The notes beneath the pieces were generated by a model. It was given only the letters and a program-made list of their open reading frames with translations. It did no database searches and was not told the DNA's origin. Positions 46,145 to 56,215 of a stretch of DNA of 64,000 nt are shown here, piece by piece. Source of the DNA: an uncultured Gammaproteobacteria bacterium. Its GTDB lineage: Bacteria; Patescibacteriota; Patescibacteriia; Magasanikbacterales; GWA2-37-8. The stretch is taken from assembly GCA_964596525.1 (NCBI GenBank), contig CAZQUL010000001.1:1212312-1276311 (forward strand), read 5' to 3'. The position numbers and the translations under genes are program-made. Numbering within the stretch: position 1 is the stretch's first letter; each line of letters starts with the position of its first letter.

Positions 46145-46954
46145 TTAATCAACATCCGGCGTCGTGGATGAAGTCGGGGGCGTAGTTTCCTTTTCTTTGG
46201 TTAAAACCATCGCAGCCATGAAGGCAAGAAACGCCAAACGCGGGATAAAGGAGAAGGCAAACCCAAAGAGACTAAGGACAACACCAAGGGCCACCGGCAG
46301 CGTAATAGCGTATAACCCGACCGTAAACAATTCGCCAAAGCGCCAGGAACGTTTAGCGAAGCGCGCAATGAGCCACGTAATAAAGGCGGTGAAAAGAATG
46401 ACGAGTAGATTAAAGACGAACGTGCCGATAAAAATTACAACGACCGTCATAACGAAAATCAGAGCAATCCCCTTAACACTCGTTATCCAGCGAAAGGCGC
46501 TTACAACCTGGTCGCGCGTCAGGGTTCCCGATGGGAACGAAGTGAATGATTCACGCTCTGTGCCGCCCGCAGGACTTCGCACCTCAAAACGGTCGGCTAA
46601 AACGCTAAGCGACGTACCATACCGCTCCATGCGCGTGGGCAACGTGGTCGTTGTTGAATCGACCAAAAAAGCAAAATCCTCTTCCGGCGATTCAAAAAGG
46701 AACGGCTGCTCAAGACCTGTTACGCTTAAACGCCCATCTGCAACCGTGGCCGAAAAGGCCGGAATGTCCGCTTCGATACTATCACGGAACAAACGCAAGG
46801 CCGGAATTACGGAGGCAAAAAGCAAACTCTCAAGGATCGTAATGACGGTGACCAGCGTAAGAAAATATCGCCAGGCACCGCGACGATTTGTACGAAGCGC
46901 CTTAAGCCATTCAAAATCGAAAAGGCTGTGGTAGAACGAAGAGAAAAAGGACAT
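46145..46954 (-). CDS. DUF1189-like membrane protein
   Basis: N-terminal TM helix, extracellular domain, three C-terminal TM helices with YAITLP. Confidence 0.7.
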   Translation of the reverse strand: MSFFSSFYHSLFDFEWLKALRTNRRGAWRYFLTLVTVITILESLLFASVIPALRLFRDSIEADIPAFSATVADGRLSVTGLEQPFLFESPEEDFAFLVDSTTTTLPTRMERYGTSLSVLADRFEVRSPAGGTERESFTSFPSGTLTRDQVVSAFRWITSVKGIALIFVMTVVVIFIGTFVFNLLVILFTAFITWLIARFAKRSWRFGELFTVGLYAITLPVALGVVLSLFGFAFSFIPRLAFLAFMAAMVLTKEKETTPPTSSTTPDVD

Positions 46955-46993
46955 ATATAATAAAATTACGCGTTAACAAGACAGACCAAGTAA

Positions 46994-47146
46994 TTACTTG
47001 GTCTGTTTATGTTCCTGGTGATGACCGCAGTGCTTGCAGAATTTCTTTTTGATGAGACGTCCTTTGATTTTGGAGTTTTTGTGTTCAAAGTAATTGACGT
47101 GCTCGCACGTGGTGCATTCCAGGTTAGCGCGATTTTCAAGGGCCAT
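46994..47146 (-). CDS. rpmG: 50S ribosomal protein L33, Zn-binding type (missing from the ORF track)
   Basis: hand translation MALENRANLECTTCEHVNYFEHKNSKIKGRLIKKKFCKHCGHHQEHKQTK. Confidence 0.93.
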   Translation of the reverse strand: MALENRANLECTTCEHVNYFEHKNSKIKGRLIKKKFCKHCGHHQEHKQTK

Positions 47147-47168
47147 ACAAAATGTCTAAAGAGTTCAA

Positions 47169-47471
47169 CTAAACGATTTTGACCTCGGTAAAGCGCTGGC
47201 GCTGGCCATGCACTTTGTGGTAGCGGACTTTGCGTTTGAATTTCTCGACACGCACCGTGCGGTTCTTGCCCTGACGCACGATTTCAGCTTTGACCGGCGT
47301 GCTTACGTAGGGCTTACCGAACTTAACGTTACTGCCGTCATCATCGGCGGTCATGAGAACCTGATCAAACGTCACCGTAGTTCCGGCTTCACCGGCAATT
47401 TTTTCAATTTTGACAAGCTCACCGGTTTTGACCAGATATTGCTTACCACCCGTTGCGATAACCGCCAACAT
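47169..47471 (-). CDS. rplU: 50S ribosomal protein L21
   Basis: MLAVIATGGKQYLV, KFKRK..Y.K..GQRQ.FTEVKI. Confidence 0.96.
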   Translation of the reverse strand: MLAVIATGGKQYLVKTGELVKIEKIAGEAGTTVTFDQVLMTADDDGSNVKFGKPYVSTPVKAEIVRQGKNRTVRVEKFKRKVRYHKVHGQRQRFTEVKIV

Positions 47472-47585
47472 ACACAATACGAATAAATAAGAGAAATTTC
47501 CCCAAAAACATCTCGAAGGCCCGAGGTGCTGAGAAAAGGAGTCAGTTGAAATATGGGCTCATGGTAGCGCATTAAAAATCTTTTG

Positions 47586-48080
47586 TCAATGCACTGCTTT
47601 CTCCCCCATCCACACCTCTGTACCAATCCCCCACCCCTGCGCTTTAACCGTACCAGAAGGCACTTCAAGCACCATATCTACCGAACCAGGGCTATAATAG
47701 CGCTTTAAAGCCGCTTCAGCCGTATTGGGCTCCGGAGGTAAATTCGCCGAAACACCCGTTATTTTACCATCTTTTACCCAGATTATGTCCAACGGAAACA
47801 TCATGCGACGCATAACGAACGTACGCTCGGCAGGAGCCGGAAATATGAAAACCATACCCTCATACGGATCAAGCGAAGCACGATCGCTTAATCCTTGATA
47901 TGTTGCCTCAGGTGTATCAGCTACCATTACCGAAAGAGTCGAGGAACCCACGTTGAGCACGGCTTCATGCGCAATGATAGGGGCGAAGCTGCTTTTAAAA
48001 CGCAAAACTACAAAAACGCTCAAAACCACGATCACGACAACAAGCTGCCAATAGCGCTTCGCAAAATGCGTAAAATCCAT
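47586..48080 (-). CDS. DUF192 protein
   Basis: VADT...GLS.R, GMVFIF, F.M..M.FPLDIIW, VLEV..G. Confidence 0.88.
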   Translation of the reverse strand: MDFTHFAKRYWQLVVVIVVLSVFVVLRFKSSFAPIIAHEAVLNVGSSTLSVMVADTPEATYQGLSDRASLDPYEGMVFIFPAPAERTFVMRRMMFPLDIIWVKDGKITGVSANLPPEPNTAEAALKRYYSPGSVDMVLEVPSGTVKAQGWGIGTEVWMGEKAVH

Positions 48081-48099
48081 ACCTGATCCTTAAGCAAAG

Positions 48100-49167
48100 T
48101 TAGTATAAAGCCGTGCCCTTAGCCGACTGCTGGCGAAACCCGAGAATGATGCTTACCGCAATCATCGCGATGAAAGCACCCACCAGTACGAGAATTTTTC
48201 CTCTGGTCTGCAAAAACAGGGTTGTTATGCCCAGTCCGGTGGCGACAGCGTAAATCGTTATCACTACCTGACGTTCGGACCAACCATGGTCTAGCAAGCG
48301 GTAATGCAGGTGTTCGCGATCACCGGCAGTAACGGGACGATGACGCAGCAGTCGTACCACGAAAACACGTACCAGATCAAGGATGGGGATAGCCATAACG
48401 AGAAGTGCAGTGGCAACTTTGCCGCCGGAAATGACCGCCAAGACGCCGAGCATAAATCCAATAAACAAACTTCCTCCTTCACCCAAAAAAATGCGGGCTG
48501 GCTGGAAGTTGAACCACAAGAATCCCAAGCAAACACCCACGAAAACGGTAGCCAATACTGCAACTTCTGGCTGCCAGAAACGCATGGTTTGGGTAAGGAG
48601 AAGAATCATGGTGCCGCCAATCGCTGCCACACCGGTCGCAAGGCCGTCGAGGCCATCGAGGATTTTGGTAGTGTACATCATACCCATCAACCAAGCGATA
48701 ACAAAGACATCCCCAACAACGACAATGCGTTCCCCAAGGGCTGGGAGTCCGAGCGGCAGATCGAGCGGTAAAATGCCGCCGAGCGGATGCGTAATACTGC
48801 GCAGCGTGATGCCGCACCCAACCGCCACCACCGCAGCAACGAGCGTACCTACGAACCGGCTCGCTGGGGAACGCGGTTTGCAATCATCCAAAACACCAAT
48901 CATTATAAGCAAGAAGCTCGCAGCGGCTGCCCCCCAAAGCTGCAGGGTGGTAATCGTACGCGTATCGAGATGCTGCCACCAGGCAAGCACGCCGACAATA
49001 CCCCAAAAAGCCGCCCATAACGCTACGCCGCCCAAAAGCGGTACTGAGCGCCCGTGGCGTTTCCGCTCGTCGGGAATATCGAGCACGCCGTAGCGTAGGG
49101 CTAGAGCCCGCACACCCACCGTTGCCACAGCAGTAACTGTAACGCTAACCAAAAACAAAAGCGCCAT
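48100..49167 (-). CDS. MraY/WecA/TagO-family polyprenyl-phosphate sugar-1-phosphate transferase
   Basis: PLLGG, GVLDD, LDGLDGLA, FNF.PARIFLG, DREHLHYRL. Confidence 0.92.
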   Translation of the reverse strand: MALLFLVSVTVTAVATVGVRALALRYGVLDIPDERKRHGRSVPLLGGVALWAAFWGIVGVLAWWQHLDTRTITTLQLWGAAAASFLLIMIGVLDDCKPRSPASRFVGTLVAAVVAVGCGITLRSITHPLGGILPLDLPLGLPALGERIVVVGDVFVIAWLMGMMYTTKILDGLDGLATGVAAIGGTMILLLTQTMRFWQPEVAVLATVFVGVCLGFLWFNFQPARIFLGEGGSLFIGFMLGVLAVISGGKVATALLVMAIPILDLVRVFVVRLLRHRPVTAGDREHLHYRLLDHGWSERQVVITIYAVATGLGITTLFLQTRGKILVLVGAFIAMIAVSIILGFRQQSAKGTALY

Positions 49168-49169
49168 AT

Positions 49170-50843
49170 TTAGGAAGCGGTCGGAGACGGAGCGTCATCT
49201 GGACGATCAAGAGGAACCCAAACACCGAATTCACTCCCCTTGCCGATCCCTGCGCTCTTTGCCCACACGCGACCACCATGTGCCTCGGCGAACTTACCAA
49301 CCACATAGAGACCCAACCCAGTACCAGTTACGTTTACGCCGCGCACATTTTCACCGCGATAAAACTTCTGGAAAAAGTTGACCCGATCATTCTCCTCAAA
49401 ACCGACACCTTGGTCGACGACGCGCACAGCGACACCTTCGTCTTCTTTTTTAACGGTTACGGTAATGACACCCTGATCGCTGTACTTGATGGCATTATCA
49501 ACGAAATTGAAAATAATGTGGCGCATTTTTTCCTGATCAACTTTAGCCTCAATGAGTTCAGCGGGTTTCTTCCAATCGATTTTAAGCTTTTTACTGCGCA
49601 GCTTGCCGGATAGTTCGAGGACCACGCTCGTCACTAAAGCGCAGATGTCCGCGCGCTCAAAAACAAACTTGGTGCGACCTTGCTCGATGCGGGTGATATC
49701 CAGAAATTCGTCGACGAGCGTGACAAGACGATGGTTGGTTTCATCCATATTCATGAGCGCTTCTTTGATCTGCTGCTGAACCGTACCGTACGCCCCTTCT
49801 TCAAGAAGTTCGATATAGCCATTGAAAATAGAAAGCGGGGTGCGTAGCTGGTGCGAAGCAATGGAGAGGAACTCGTTTTTCTGACGATCGAGCTCTTCCA
49901 GTCGAACGTTGGCTTCGCGCAAATCAACATTGGCTTTTTGCAGCGATTCGGTAAGTTTGGCAAGTTCTTCTTTTTGCTGGACTTCTTTTTTGACACTGCG
50001 CACCAGTACCGCACCGATAGCGGCGACGATAGTGGCAAAAATAACTTTGTAAAAAATGGTGCCAGGCGAAGCGGAAAATAGCCCTTCAGCCACCAGGATG
50101 AGCACGAGAATACCGACGAGAAGTTCGGCAGCCAGGACTTTTATATCGAATAACTGATGCTTGAAAATCGCGTAGGCCGTAAACCCCATGAGTATGACCG
50201 ACGTAAGCGGCCCAAGAAAGACGGTGGCGGAATTCTTGAAAATAACAACCGAAAACAACGCGGAAACAACCATGAAAGTGAACGAAGAAATAACGCCAGC
50301 CAAAAAATAACGCAACTGGCGGCGTTCTTTGCCGGTAGAACGGCGGTATTTTCGAATAAGCGTAATGAAGCTGAGCAGGAATAGCCCCGGAAATGCAAGG
50401 AAGAAAATCGGCATACCAGGACCGGGCGTGGGGAGGGGTTGGCCATTGGGGTACTGCAGATCGGTAAAAATGAGGGGCGTAGTAGAAGCGTACACCGAAG
50501 CACTGCCGATTAGAAGAACGAGAACAAGATAGGCCGGCCGCAGAGAAAGTTTTTCCCCGGGAAATGCGCAGGTTAATAGAAAAAGTAAGGGTCCAAGAAG
50601 CGAGGTAATAACCATTACCGAACGGATCCAAAAGAACTGACTCTCCCCTGGCCCGCCTGGTGGGTGAAGCGAAATGAAATTGAACACGATGTAGGTATCA
50701 ATGGCCAGGCTGAGTAAAAAGAACAGCCGGTGCGTGGCGCTTTTGGGATTGCGGATAAATACCAGAAGACCAAAGTAGGTGGTAAGCAAGAACGTGGTAA
50801 CCCCTAAAATGATCTCGATATGGAAAAAAGAAAGTCCGTTCAT
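49170..50843 (-). CDS. sensor histidine kinase with N-terminal multi-TM (7TM-type) sensor
   Basis: hydrophobic N-terminal half; H box ASHQLRTPL, N box NFVDNAIKYS, DQGVG, F..FYRG, GTGLGL. Confidence 0.95.
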   Translation of the reverse strand: MNGLSFFHIEIILGVTTFLLTTYFGLLVFIRNPKSATHRLFFLLSLAIDTYIVFNFISLHPPGGPGESQFFWIRSVMVITSLLGPLLFLLTCAFPGEKLSLRPAYLVLVLLIGSASVYASTTPLIFTDLQYPNGQPLPTPGPGMPIFFLAFPGLFLLSFITLIRKYRRSTGKERRQLRYFLAGVISSFTFMVVSALFSVVIFKNSATVFLGPLTSVILMGFTAYAIFKHQLFDIKVLAAELLVGILVLILVAEGLFSASPGTIFYKVIFATIVAAIGAVLVRSVKKEVQQKEELAKLTESLQKANVDLREANVRLEELDRQKNEFLSIASHQLRTPLSIFNGYIELLEEGAYGTVQQQIKEALMNMDETNHRLVTLVDEFLDITRIEQGRTKFVFERADICALVTSVVLELSGKLRSKKLKIDWKKPAELIEAKVDQEKMRHIIFNFVDNAIKYSDQGVITVTVKKEDEGVAVRVVDQGVGFEENDRVNFFQKFYRGENVRGVNVTGTGLGLYVVGKFAEAHGGRVWAKSAGIGKGSEFGVWVPLDRPDDAPSPTAS

Positions 50844-50918
50844 ACGAAGGGCGGGTGGTAATGACTACGTTCCTAGTATATAAGAAAACCACGAAAAGAG
50901 CACGCTGCGCTTAAAGTA

Positions 50919-52142
50919 TTACCAGCGGGAAACGGATAACGAGCGTTTGTTGAAGAGTGCCCGCGCTGGATACTCGTAACCAAGGCGAAGGCGCGCAATG
51001 GTTTCGGCGGCCAAACCACCAGCTACGGCTACTGTAGAACCGAGCTGCGGAAACATGGTTTCTGACGGACGGGGCAACGAACCGTTTAATATTGCTCCAA
51101 GCTCATCGCGGCGATACGCGGTGCCGATAAGCGCATCTACGAATGCAAAAAAAGCGCTGCGATCACTCGGGTTTGCGAGTGCCGCTTCGCAGGTACGGTA
51201 GAGTACATCGTCAGCAGCCGCATGTGTCAGGGTAAGGGTCGGATCAAGATCAAATCGTCGCACATCAAGCTGGACCGCTGAGCCAATATCGGTAACCATA
51301 ATAAGAGGCAAGCGGCGTTCGCGGGCTTTAGCGCGCAAAAGGATTTTGATTCGCGGATCATCGATTTCATCAACCACTACCTGAACCTTAGGTTCGGTAG
51401 AGTTACCGCCCAGAAATCCATTTATAGCACGCTCGTCAACACCTTGCTCATAGGTGAAAATCTGCATAAATGGATCGATAGCTAAAAGCTGCTCTTTGAC
51501 AGTCGGGGCTTTGAAATTCGGCTCGAGATTATTCCACCCCGGAGCGATGAATTCAGCGTAACCGACGCGCACGCGGTTCATGTTCTCGAGTTTGTAGCGG
51601 CTGCGGTCGGCGATTTTGATGGCTCGCGGACGCAAATCCATAGCGAGCGCATGAATAACACTGCTCCCCACGCTGCAACCAGCTACAGCCACCACGGTCG
51701 AGGCAAGCGTTTCCTGAATTTTTTCCCACGACCAGGATTCGCATGCATGCTGATAAAGGCTGCCGGCCGTTGCGATGAGCGCTAAACGATGCCAACGTGC
51801 CGGAGCGTAGCGCACCACGTGGCGCCGCGTCGGGTAATAAGCCAGGACGCCATAGTGCATCGCAGCAGGAAACACCCGCTCGGCATGACGACGGTAATGC
51901 CGGTATTCAGCCTCAAACTCCTGACGGAGCGTACAACCGCTTTCGAGAATGGGTGAGGCCTCTGCGCGCACCAACCGTTCATTCAGGAGTTCCATGGTGT
52001 GGGGAAGCATGTCAAAACATGATTCGCGGCCAAATGTAATCCAGCCTTCAGGCAGTTTAAGCTCTGCGCCTTCAAATAAAAATCTGACAGCAGCGGAACT
52101 GTCGCGGCGACTCAGATCGAACAAACGGATATCAGTGTACAT
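50919..52142 (-). CDS. ThiF/E1-like adenylyltransferase, Rv1355c (MoeY)-type, without nitroreductase domain
   Basis: AYYPTRRHVV, VAVAGCSVG, ADRSRYKLENMNR, VDEIDD..IKI.LR..AR..RLP, DVRRFDLDP, PQLGS.V; ATG 52142. Confidence 0.85.
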   Translation of the reverse strand: MYTDIRLFDLSRRDSSAAVRFLFEGAELKLPEGWITFGRESCFDMLPHTMELLNERLVRAEASPILESGCTLRQEFEAEYRHYRRHAERVFPAAMHYGVLAYYPTRRHVVRYAPARWHRLALIATAGSLYQHACESWSWEKIQETLASTVVAVAGCSVGSSVIHALAMDLRPRAIKIADRSRYKLENMNRVRVGYAEFIAPGWNNLEPNFKAPTVKEQLLAIDPFMQIFTYEQGVDERAINGFLGGNSTEPKVQVVVDEIDDPRIKILLRAKARERRLPLIMVTDIGSAVQLDVRRFDLDPTLTLTHAAADDVLYRTCEAALANPSDRSAFFAFVDALIGTAYRRDELGAILNGSLPRPSETMFPQLGSTVAVAGGLAAETIARLRLGYEYPARALFNKRSLSVSRW

Positions 52143-53262
52143 AACTAGGTGTAAATAATGAACGCGCAGCGCGGCCCATGAGCTGACGCCAGGCGCTGGC
52201 ATGACCCAATCGAAGCCGCGGACCATCAGCCACACGACGATCGACCAACTGGCGAACCAGATCGCCCGTTAAGGCTGAACGAGGCAGCACCCCTTCGTGA
52301 GCAAGAAACCGACCCATTCCGCGAATAAGCGGCAACACTTCATACGGATGGTCTTTTTGCCAAGCCATCAAGGAATCAAGTGTTGCCGCAGGTACAAACT
52401 CCTGAAGAGTCTGCAGGTCTAGATGGTCAGAGCGGATTAAATCAACAAGCAGCGCTAAAAGTTCGGGAATACAGAGAAAATACCCGGGGTAGTCATAGGT
52501 AATACCCGGACGGATAAGACGCACATCGCAAGCCCCGCACTGCAAAAAATCTTCGGCTAACGGAAAAGCTCTCCCCCACGCTTCGAGACCTTTCGTAGAT
52601 CGGGCCAAACGATGGAAGAGCTCATTGCGAAAAACCCCCGAAAGAACCGAGAAATTACTGCCGTAGGTACGCCAGAATACTTCGTTTATAGCCACAAAAG
52701 CAGCAGAGACAGCACCGGAGCGTATTTCAGAAATATCGAACGCATCCATATCCCCGACTAAGGGATGCGGCGGCGTAGCTGCAAAACGCGACAGTGAAAC
52801 AAGACGGGTCAAAACATCGCGGTGATGCAAAAAATCACCTTTCAATACCGAAACAAGTGGCGTGCCGGATAACGCAAACAACTCCAAGTCTTCAAGCGAT
52901 GGAGGATCGGTTTCTCCGGGAACGAACCGGAGCGTCACCCATTCCCTCAGCCAGACCGGAGATGTTCCGGCACGCGGCCATGGATACGTTATTTCAGCCA
53001 CATAAACCACCCCCCGTTCATCAAATTCGTCAACGAGCTCCAAAGAACCGTAATAGTGGCGGTAGGATTCGCGGGCGTGAACTACGGCGTGGCGCAGACG
53101 TTCGTCTACCCACTCGGATGTGTATAAAGGCTTGGCGAGAAAAATACGCAGGGTACGGGTCGCAACAGTGCAGGTTTCTAAGAGCGCGCTCGGCGGAAAG
53201 GAAACGTCGGAGGGAAACGCGCCGTCGCAACAAAATAAAAAAGGCTGCCCCACACGATACAC
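52132..53262 (-). CDS. hypothetical protein, probable LuxI/FeeM-like GNAT N-acyltransferase
   Basis: ordered motifs ARESY, VDEFD....Y, TLRFVP, SLSRFA parallel LuxI R..F, D.FD....Y, RL.P, E.SRF; overlaps the ThiF start. Confidence 0.55.
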   Translation of the reverse strand: MYRVGQPFLFCCDGAFPSDVSFPPSALLETCTVATRTLRIFLAKPLYTSEWVDERLRHAVVHARESYRHYYGSLELVDEFDERGVVYVAEITYPWPRAGTSPVWLREWVTLRFVPGETDPPSLEDLELFALSGTPLVSVLKGDFLHHRDVLTRLVSLSRFAATPPHPLVGDMDAFDISEIRSGAVSAAFVAINEVFWRTYGSNFSVLSGVFRNELFHRLARSTKGLEAWGRAFPLAEDFLQCGACDVRLIRPGITYDYPGYFLCIPELLALLVDLIRSDHLDLQTLQEFVPAATLDSLMAWQKDHPYEVLPLIRGMGRFLAHEGVLPRSALTGDLVRQLVDRRVADGPRLRLGHASAWRQLMGRAARSLFTPSYVH

Positions 53263-53433
53263 AGAAAATGCGTAATCTTATATCAAGCACAATAAGCCGG
53301 GCTTCTACCTCCGTCAACACTATGACGAGGATTGTTATCCACATTAATGAACCGGGTTAGCCCAAACGGGTAGAGACCCTCCTCTTAATAAAGAGGATGT
53401 GCTATCATGGCATAATTATTTTATCTTTTCTGT

Positions 53434-55206
53434 ATGAAGCAATGGATTGTCCAACCTGCCCCCACACCTGAATTTCTCGCCCTGCACCCGGAATTACCAG
53501 AAATCGTCGCTCGTCTCCTCTACAACCGTAATCTACGCACCCCGGAAGCGATCGACGAATTTTTAAATCCCGACTATACGAGCGATCTGCACGACCCGTT
53601 TTTGTTCCGCGACATGAACCGCGCAATAGAACTTATTTTTGCAGCTATCAAAGATAATAAGCGCATCACCGTGCACGGCGACTACGACGCCGACGGAGTC
53701 TGTGCCTCGGCAGTCATCGTGAGCTGTCTCAAAAAATTCGGCCACACCAACATCGGCGTATTCCTCCCCCACCGCGAAACCGATGGTTACGGCCTGAATC
53801 AACGCACGGTTAAACTGCTTAAAGACGAAGGAACGAGTCTTATCATCACCTGCGACTGCGGCATCAGCAATGCCGAAGAAGTAAAGCTTGCCAAGGAGCT
53901 GGGCATGAACGTGATTATTACCGATCACCACACCATGCCAGCAGTATTTCCTCCGGCTGACGCGATTATTCACCCGCTCAAGCCCGACGAATCGTACCCA
54001 GATAAAGGGCTCGCGGGGGGCGGCGTGGCGTTTAAGCTCGTGCAGGCGCTCTTGCGCGAACACAAAAAAACCAACCTTCTTCTTCCCGACGGGCAAGACC
54101 ACGAAGCGTTCGAAAAATGGCTGCTCGATTTAGTATCGATCTCGACGGTTGGCGATATGGTGCCGCTTACTGGCGAATCGCGCACCATCGTGCGTTATGG
54201 CCTTACGGTACTCAACAAAACCCGCAACCTGGGACTTAAAAAACTCCTCTACGCCGCCGGTCTTGCCGACGAAGACGGTCGCTCCAAACGCGGTTCCTAT
54301 ACCACCCAGACCATCGGCTTTCATATCGCGCCGCGCATCAACGCCGCCGGACGCATGAAACATGCCAACGTGGCCTTTGAACTCCTCATGGCCGAAACCG
54401 AGGAAGAGGCGGAAAAACTTGCTTTCGAGCTCAATCAAAATAACGTCGACCGTCAAAAAGTCACTGAGGAAACAGTCGCCAAGGCCAAAGAATACCTCGC
54501 CGCCACGAACCAATTTAACGCACCAGTACTGTTTGCGCTTGGCGACGACTGGAGCGCCGGCATTCTCGGGATCGTTGCCGGACGCATCAAAGAAGAGTTC
54601 GCCAAGCCGACGTTCGTGATGACCAAACTCGGTACGACCGTTGTCGGCTCCGGACGCAGCATCAAGTCATTCAACATGGTGAAAAACCTGCAGGCTATGC
54701 CGGAACTGTTTCATAAATTCGGCGGCCATCCGCAGGCGTGCGGTTTTACCCTCGCCAAACCCGAAGTCTTTGAAGCGTTCAAGGAACGCATGCTCGCGGC
54801 AGCGGTCAACCTCGACGAAAAAGATCTTACACCGCAACTCATCATCGACGCAGAGCTCAATCTCGACGACGTGAACTGGAAGCTCTATGATGTACTGCAA
54901 AAATTCGAACCATTCGGCCAAGCCAATGAAGAGCCGCGCTATGTCGCTTATGGCGTTACCGTTGTGAGCATCGACTCGGTTGGGCAAGACGGTAAGCATC
55001 TTAGACTCCTTGTTAAGCACCACTCCGAAGTAACCAAGAAAACCATTGCCTTTGGTCTCGGCGATACCACGCGGCACGAAGAAAAATGGAAAGACGTGCT
55101 CACGCCGGGCACAAAAGTAGACATCGTGTTCACGGTCGGTGTCAACGAGTGGAACGGTAACCGGGAATTACAACTGATGATCGAGGACATCAAAAAATCG
55201 GCGTAA
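53434..55206 (+). CDS. recJ: single-stranded DNA exonuclease RecJ
   Basis: GDYDADG, DGYGLN, TCDCGI, TDHH, PRINAAGR, GSGRS, GGHPQACG, EPFGQAN. Confidence 0.97.
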   Translation: MKQWIVQPAPTPEFLALHPELPEIVARLLYNRNLRTPEAIDEFLNPDYTSDLHDPFLFRDMNRAIELIFAAIKDNKRITVHGDYDADGVCASAVIVSCLKKFGHTNIGVFLPHRETDGYGLNQRTVKLLKDEGTSLIITCDCGISNAEEVKLAKELGMNVIITDHHTMPAVFPPADAIIHPLKPDESYPDKGLAGGGVAFKLVQALLREHKKTNLLLPDGQDHEAFEKWLLDLVSISTVGDMVPLTGESRTIVRYGLTVLNKTRNLGLKKLLYAAGLADEDGRSKRGSYTTQTIGFHIAPRINAAGRMKHANVAFELLMAETEEEAEKLAFELNQNNVDRQKVTEETVAKAKEYLAATNQFNAPVLFALGDDWSAGILGIVAGRIKEEFAKPTFVMTKLGTTVVGSGRSIKSFNMVKNLQAMPELFHKFGGHPQACGFTLAKPEVFEAFKERMLAAAVNLDEKDLTPQLIIDAELNLDDVNWKLYDVLQKFEPFGQANEEPRYVAYGVTVVSIDSVGQDGKHLRLLVKHHSEVTKKTIAFGLGDTTRHEEKWKDVLTPGTKVDIVFTVGVNEWNGNRELQLMIEDIKKSA

Positions 55207-55243
55207 TGCCGGTTTTTTGATGGTGATTATTCCGAATAATTTC

Positions 55244-55272
55244 TTGACGCTCGTTTTAGAGTAACATACTAT
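55244..55272 (+). promoter_or_regulatory. sigma70 promoter
   Basis: TTGACG-N17-TACTAT upstream of ORF 55310. Confidence 0.6.
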
Positions 55273-55309
55273 ACCCAGGCTACGAGAAACAACTCAAGGA
55301 AAACTAACC

Positions 55310-55576
55310 ATGTTAAAGCCTGCCCCGCGCGCGCATTTTCGTGGAATGAGCGGAATCTTGTTGGTCGCCCTGGCTACCACCGACGTTTTAGGTTGCCCCG
55401 ATGACATAGACCACAAAGTCATCCAAGAGATACGGCCAGACGGACGAGCCAAAGTATTGCAAGAAGTCATCGAAGGCTCAGACGGCAGCCGTAATGCATG
55501 CGGGACGGCAACTAGCCCCCCATGTTACAATCCTTCGCACGGTCGGAATCCTGTTCCTCGAGATGACGTAGAATAA
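55310..55576 (+). CDS. small secreted or lipoprotein-like hypothetical protein
   Basis: 88 aa; AAGGA SD and promoter upstream; hydrophobic stretch ending LGC. Confidence 0.55.
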   Translation: MLKPAPRAHFRGMSGILLVALATTDVLGCPDDIDHKVIQEIRPDGRAKVLQEVIEGSDGSRNACGTATSPPCYNPSHGRNPVPRDDVE

Positions 55577-55697
55577 AAAACCTATCTATTTTCTTGATAA
55601 ATAGCCAAACTCTTTCCCGCTTGGGGAACCCGCGCCTAATCTCACCCTTACTGCAAGCGTGAGATTTTTTCAATCCCGTATGTTAAGGCTGATAAAG

Positions 55698-56141
55698 CTA
55701 AACCTTGGAACGTCGGTCAACTAAAATAAGTAAGAAAGAAATCTTTGCCATAACAAACGAAGCGACGAGTGACAGGAACGGAATGGTAACGAATCCGAAC
55801 CATTGGAAAAAGCGTGTGGTGCATGAAATGCCCGCCGTACAAGGAGCGATGCTTTCAGGTAAAATATTGTAGTACAGCAAGTTATGATAGACCGCGATAA
55901 GGAATGCAATACTCGAGAGGGCAAACGTGTAGTACGGCAGCTTAGTATCACGGGCAGCGATACCGATCGGCACAAGGAGTACAAGCGGATAAAGAGCAAT
56001 GCGCTGATACCAGCACAAAACGCACGGAGCAAGTCCCATGACTTCGCTGAAATAAAGACTACCAGCCATAGCAGCAGCCGCAAAAATCCACAGAAGCCAC
56101 GTTATATCATGGCGGAATTTAGCGACAAAAGCGAGGATCAT
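55698..56141 (-). CDS. disulfide bond formation protein (DsbB/BdbC family)
   Basis: GSLYFSE..PCVLCWYQRI, second Cys pair C....C, FVTIP. Confidence 0.92.
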   Translation of the reverse strand: MILAFVAKFRHDITWLLWIFAAAAMAGSLYFSEVMGLAPCVLCWYQRIALYPLVLLVPIGIAARDTKLPYYTFALSSIAFLIAVYHNLLYYNILPESIAPCTAGISCTTRFFQWFGFVTIPFLSLVASFVMAKISFLLILVDRRSKV

Positions 56142-56215
56142 ACCAGAAAAATGTTTAAAAAACGTAAAACCGTGTATAGTATACCATCATACCCACATCC
56201 CCTGTCCATCTGCCT

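Noticed and set aside
53335-53343. Perfect DnaA box TTATCCACA as a sign of oriC
   Set aside because: Single box, no cluster, no AT-rich unwinding element or dnaA nearby; at most a regulatory site
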